A DNA stretch of 10,491 bases. Origin: Desulfuromonadales bacterium. Its GTDB lineage: Bacteria; Desulfobacterota; Desulfuromonadia; Desulfuromonadales; SZUA-540. The DNA lies in the NCBI GenBank assembly GCA_033549025.1, contig JAWSUS010000041.1:1-10491 (forward strand). Direction: 5' to 3'. Below the pieces are notes generated by a model. That model saw only the letters and a list, made by a program, of their open reading frames with translations. It was not told the DNA's origin and did no database searches. The stretch's first letter is position 1. Every line of letters starts with the position of its first letter. Shown here piece after piece: positions 7,847 to 10,491 of this stretch. Both the position numbers and the translations under genes were made by a program.

Positions 7847-7894
7847 AACCTATATTTTGTGTTGATCCTAAATTTTAAACACAACATGTAGTGT
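7847..7894. promoter_or_regulatory. Tandem NrdR-box-like operators
   Basis: aacCtAtATtTtGtgt (7847-7862) and acaCaAcATgTaGtgt (7879-7894) both fit acaCwAtATaTwGtgt at the conserved positions; their starts are 32 bp apart. Confidence 0.7.
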
Positions 7895-8018
7895 TTTGGT
7901 AGGGGTTGGTTGGGCCCGAGTTGTGTTTTTGCGCTTTTTCTGGTGCCCCAGTCCTGTAGCTATACAGGTCAAATCCTCTCTCACCCTCAGTCAGCTTTGT
8001 AGACAGAAGCCAGAAACA

Positions 8019-8093
8019 ACCATATCACGACAAGATAGGTGGGAAAATATCAGGAAATTCCCGATAGAGATTCTGGCAAGGATTTGTTATGGT
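8019..8093. promoter_or_regulatory. Palindromic operator TATCAGGAAATTCCCGATA flanked by divergent extended -10 elements
   Basis: Palindrome at 8048-8066; TGnTATGGT on + (8088-8093) and on - (8024-8019), 31 and 33 bp from the dyad centre. Confidence 0.55.
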
Positions 8094-8216
8094 GCGATCC
8101 TTTGTCTTTGGCTTAGGGGGAGAATCCACCTAGAGGGGCAGTTCGCCAAGTCGCAGGTGGAGCCCTTTTGATTTGCTCCCGCCCCTCTGCAAATTTGCAA
8201 TAAAACTGGACACGGG

Positions 8217-8771
8217 ATGATGAAAACAGCACGCCTTTTTCAGTCGGAAAGCGATCTTTACAGCAAAATCCCGACGCTTCTTGACTTATGGGTTGCACGA
8301 GTGGCCAACTCGTTCAGGCTTAGGGAAGAGTCGGCCCAGGGCATAGTCGCGGGGGCCTTTGCCATTACGCTTTTTTGTCATTTTCAGGAAATACTCGATG
8401 ACGCCACATCCTGGCTGGGGATAGAGCGAGGACAGGAGATTGTATCTGCAAACGCCATCGCAAAGAGCCTTGGCGATTTGCGTTCCCGCGATCTGGCTCG
8501 CCTAGGCTACTGGAATGTCGTCGATTTTTGGGCTGGGCCGCTTAGTAACGCCTCTGATGTGGATGTCCGACAATGCCGAAAGGCTGTCGATGCTGCGCTG
8601 TTTCTGGCTCTGTGCCGGGATGGCCTTGCGTTGGCGGAAACCATCGTGAGTTTGGCGCAAGTTCTTGAGAGAGGTGTTCTTTCCGGGGCAGAGGATCGAT
8701 CAATATCAGATATTGTCCGACGGCGTTGTCCAGGGCGATACCCAAGACCTCAGAAACGAAACACGAAATAG
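8217..8771 (+). CDS. Hypothetical protein, 184 aa, probably alpha-helical
   Basis: Longest ORF in the interval, protein-like composition, downstream of the 8048-8093 promoter. RBS is weak and no family was recognised. Confidence 0.6.
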   Translation: MMKTARLFQSESDLYSKIPTLLDLWVARVANSFRLREESAQGIVAGAFAITLFCHFQEILDDATSWLGIERGQEIVSANAIAKSLGDLRSRDLARLGYWNVVDFWAGPLSNASDVDVRQCRKAVDAALFLALCRDGLALAETIVSLAQVLERGVLSGAEDRSISDIVRRRCPGRYPRPQKRNTK

Positions 8772-8796
8772 CCAAATTTCTCCCTAAGGTTTTTTA

Positions 8797-8910
8797 TGTC
8801 GGGAATTTCCTGAGGCGACAGGCATGGTCTGTTGTGCTAGGGTGGCAGAAGGCCATGTTTCCTGAGTTTATTGTGATTTCTTAAAGCCCGACCCCTATGT
8901 TCAGGGAGAG
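8797..8910 (+). repeat. Copy A of a ~110-bp diverged direct repeat (operator + promoter + leader)
   Basis: 22 bp identical to copy B (8802-8823 vs 10202-10223); 42/50 identical over 8801-8850; alignable to about 8910. Contains GCGACA-17-TAGGGT with extended TG. Confidence 0.85.
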
Positions 8911-9094
8911 ATCGAATGTTCAGAAAAGCTGATTTTTGCTGCTGCGCTTTCATTGCGGACATATCTTTTTCTGGCATCAATGTTTGCCACCCCAGACACG
9001 CAGGTTTAAATGGCACCCTCAGGCAGGAAATATCACTGAGACCCGCGCCGGCTAAAGGATGCGGTATGTGCAAGGCATTTAAGCCTCGATAGTC

Positions 9095-9592
9095 ATGAAG
9101 ACCTTTTTATATATTCTCGTTTTCATTGTCCAGGCCGGCTTTGCGGCTGCTCATCCCGGTGGCCTTGATGCCAGCGGTGGCCATTACAAAAGGGCAACAG
9201 GAGAATACCATCTACATCAGGACAAAGACCCCTCCATAAAAACTGCCTCTCTGGTCCAAGATTCACCAGCTCTTTCCGCTGCGGCCCGTGAACTAAAAAT
9301 CAACGATTATTTCCGCTCTGCCAATGAAAAAGTCGGTGCCTTCGATTGCGATCTGGTCATTCACGAGCGAGACGTCTCAACTTCCCTCAAGGCGGTCGTT
9401 AAGGCCCGGGATGGGTATCGCTGCGTGATCTGCGGCAGTACCCACCAGCTTGAAGTCGATCACCGAAGAGCCCTTATGAATGGTGGGGACAATGCCGAAG
9501 GAAACCTCGCAACGCTTTGCGACGACTGCCATACGGCAAAAACGAGGATGGATAATTCGTTGCGGCGGAAGAGGGAGAGAGTTTGCCGTTGA
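9095..9592 (+). CDS. Exported HNH endonuclease-domain protein with an N-terminal YHYH-type motif
   Basis: Signal peptide MKTFLYILVFIVQAGFAAA, then HPGGLDASGGHYKRATGEYHLH; C-terminal RDGYRCVICG..LEVDH..GGDN..NLATLCDDCH (zinc-binding HNH). Confidence 0.85.
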   Translation: MKTFLYILVFIVQAGFAAAHPGGLDASGGHYKRATGEYHLHQDKDPSIKTASLVQDSPALSAAARELKINDYFRSANEKVGAFDCDLVIHERDVSTSLKAVVKARDGYRCVICGSTHQLEVDHRRALMNGGDNAEGNLATLCDDCHTAKTRMDNSLRRKRERVCR

Positions 9593-9757
9593 GCTTCCCA
9601 CAGCACAGAGAACGCAAAAGAGACGGCGATTATGTCTCTGGATCCACGAAAGGGTAGTGATCGACTCAGAGTTCCCCGGTTCTCTTTGCGTAGAAAACTT
9701 CGATAGGGTCCAAAGTTTCTATCAAACAATTTTTCTATATCCAAGAAGGAGCGAGAT

Positions 9758-10115
9758 ATGAAAAAACTTGTACTAACCATTTCATTACTAGCTATTTCCT
9801 CAATTTGTTTTGCCGAAGGATTGATCCACCCACTTGATTTTAAAGGGACAGAGGCAGAAAAAAACAGGTTATTGCCTTGATTGAACAAAACGTCAAAGAA
9901 ACATATACAGCACTCGGCATGGGCGACCCAGCGACATTAAGAATGATGGAAAAAACAGAATTGGATTTTTTAAACAGCTTACACAAGTAACAAACAGACA
10001 TCTGCTTGATAGTGTAATTGACCAATATTGCTCAATAGGGCTGTGCGACTACAATACCATCCTAATGATGTACAAAGAACAGGAACGCGAGCCGAATAAT
10101 AAACTTCAATGGTAA
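9758..10115 (+). pseudogene. Secreted hypothetical protein (~119 aa) broken by two homopolymer frameshifts (or sequencing errors)
   Basis: RBS AAGGAG, ATG 9758, signal peptide MKKLVLTISLLAISSICFA. Adding one A to the A7 run (9858-9864) and one T to the T6 run (9966-9971) gives a continuous ORF ending ...NNKLQW-TAA at 10115, directly before a terminator. Confidence 0.8.
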
Positions 10116-10119
10116 GTCA

Positions 10120-10152
10120 AAAGAGCCTTGTCTGACAACGACAAGGCTCTTT
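10120..10152 (+). terminator. Intrinsic terminator, possibly bidirectional
   Basis: Perfect 13-bp stem aaagagccttgtc / gacaaggctcttt with a 7-nt loop, 4 nt after the stop at 10115. Confidence 0.85.
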
Positions 10153-10196
10153 CAGTCAGGCAGGAAAGAAAAGTGTGGCCATCGTGAGCTCATCCA

Positions 10197-10310
10197 TATC
10201 AGGAATTTCCTGAGGCGACAGGCGTGGCTTGGCGTGCTAGGCTGACAGAAAGGGCATATTTTCTGAGTTCTTTGCAATTACTCGAAGTCGAGTCCTGTGC
10301 TCAGAAAGAA
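10197..10310 (+). repeat. Copy B of the diverged direct repeat (operator + promoter + leader)
   Basis: TATCAGGAATTTCCTGAG palindrome followed by GCGACA-17-TAGGCT; exactly 1400 bp from copy A. Confidence 0.85.
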
Positions 10311-10491
10311 AATTCACTCCTGATTTTACTGTGGGAGGCCAGTAGTCACCAAATATGTTTAGCCGCTTCTCTTCTCTCGGAACCTAAGCCTGAATTTGAG
10401 GCGGGCAATAAAGCCTGTAGCGGAACCGGTTCCTTGGACACAAGTTTAGATTATGCCGCCTGACGGATTTCGTCGGGCGACCGGAAGCCGT

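Noticed and set aside
7625..8171. ORFs 7625-7891 and 7896-8171
   Set aside because: They run through a terminator, operators and promoters, have no RBS, and have atypical composition.
8837..9073. 78-aa minus-strand ORF
   Set aside because: Crosses repeat copy A, its frame is not preserved in copy B, and it has no RBS.
9605..9695. c-di-GMP-I riboswitch (ACGCAAA and GAAA motifs)
   Set aside because: The motifs are in the wrong order and the GGCAAAC-stem-GAAA arm and receptor helix are missing.
9588..9721. Integron attC site (GTTGAGC fits GTTRRRY)
   Set aside because: The motif is on the wrong side of the hairpin, has no matching RYYYAAC, and no integrase is visible.
8797..10310. CRISPR array or TnsB-site array interpretation of the repeats
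   Set aside because: Only two long copies 1400 bp apart; no regular repeat-spacer period, no cas genes and no clustered ~20-bp sites with a terminal TGT.
10224..10463. 79-aa plus-strand ORF
   Set aside because: Starts inside the predicted promoter spacer, and the equivalent frame in copy A contains a stop.

Overview
The window has two halves. 93-5197 is an intact, translationally coupled + strand cluster: GtrA-type flippase, GtrB/ArnC-type GT2, ArnT/PMT-type GT-C transferase, OmpR-family regulator and HAMP sensor kinase. It is a two-component-linked envelope glycosylation module, and a divergent gene starts at the left edge. 5198-10491 is a more AT-rich accessory region. It holds a 604-aa protein whose motifs match Tn7 TnsE in order, with no tnsABCD in the window, and a 72-aa Cys/His protein. 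Upstream of these lies a dense control region: tandem NrdR-box-like sites 32 bp apart, a leftward promoter, a leader with mutually exclusive SD/anti-SD/decoy helices, and a convergent ~90-nt antisense RNA with its own promoter and terminator. Further right, three copies of a TATCRGGAAWTTCCYGA palindrome abut sigma70-like promoters. Two of them head ~110-bp diverged direct repeats exactly 1400 bp apart that bracket a secreted YHYH-HNH nuclease gene and a doubly frameshifted secreted-protein gene. All family calls come from reading motifs by eye; no searches were run.
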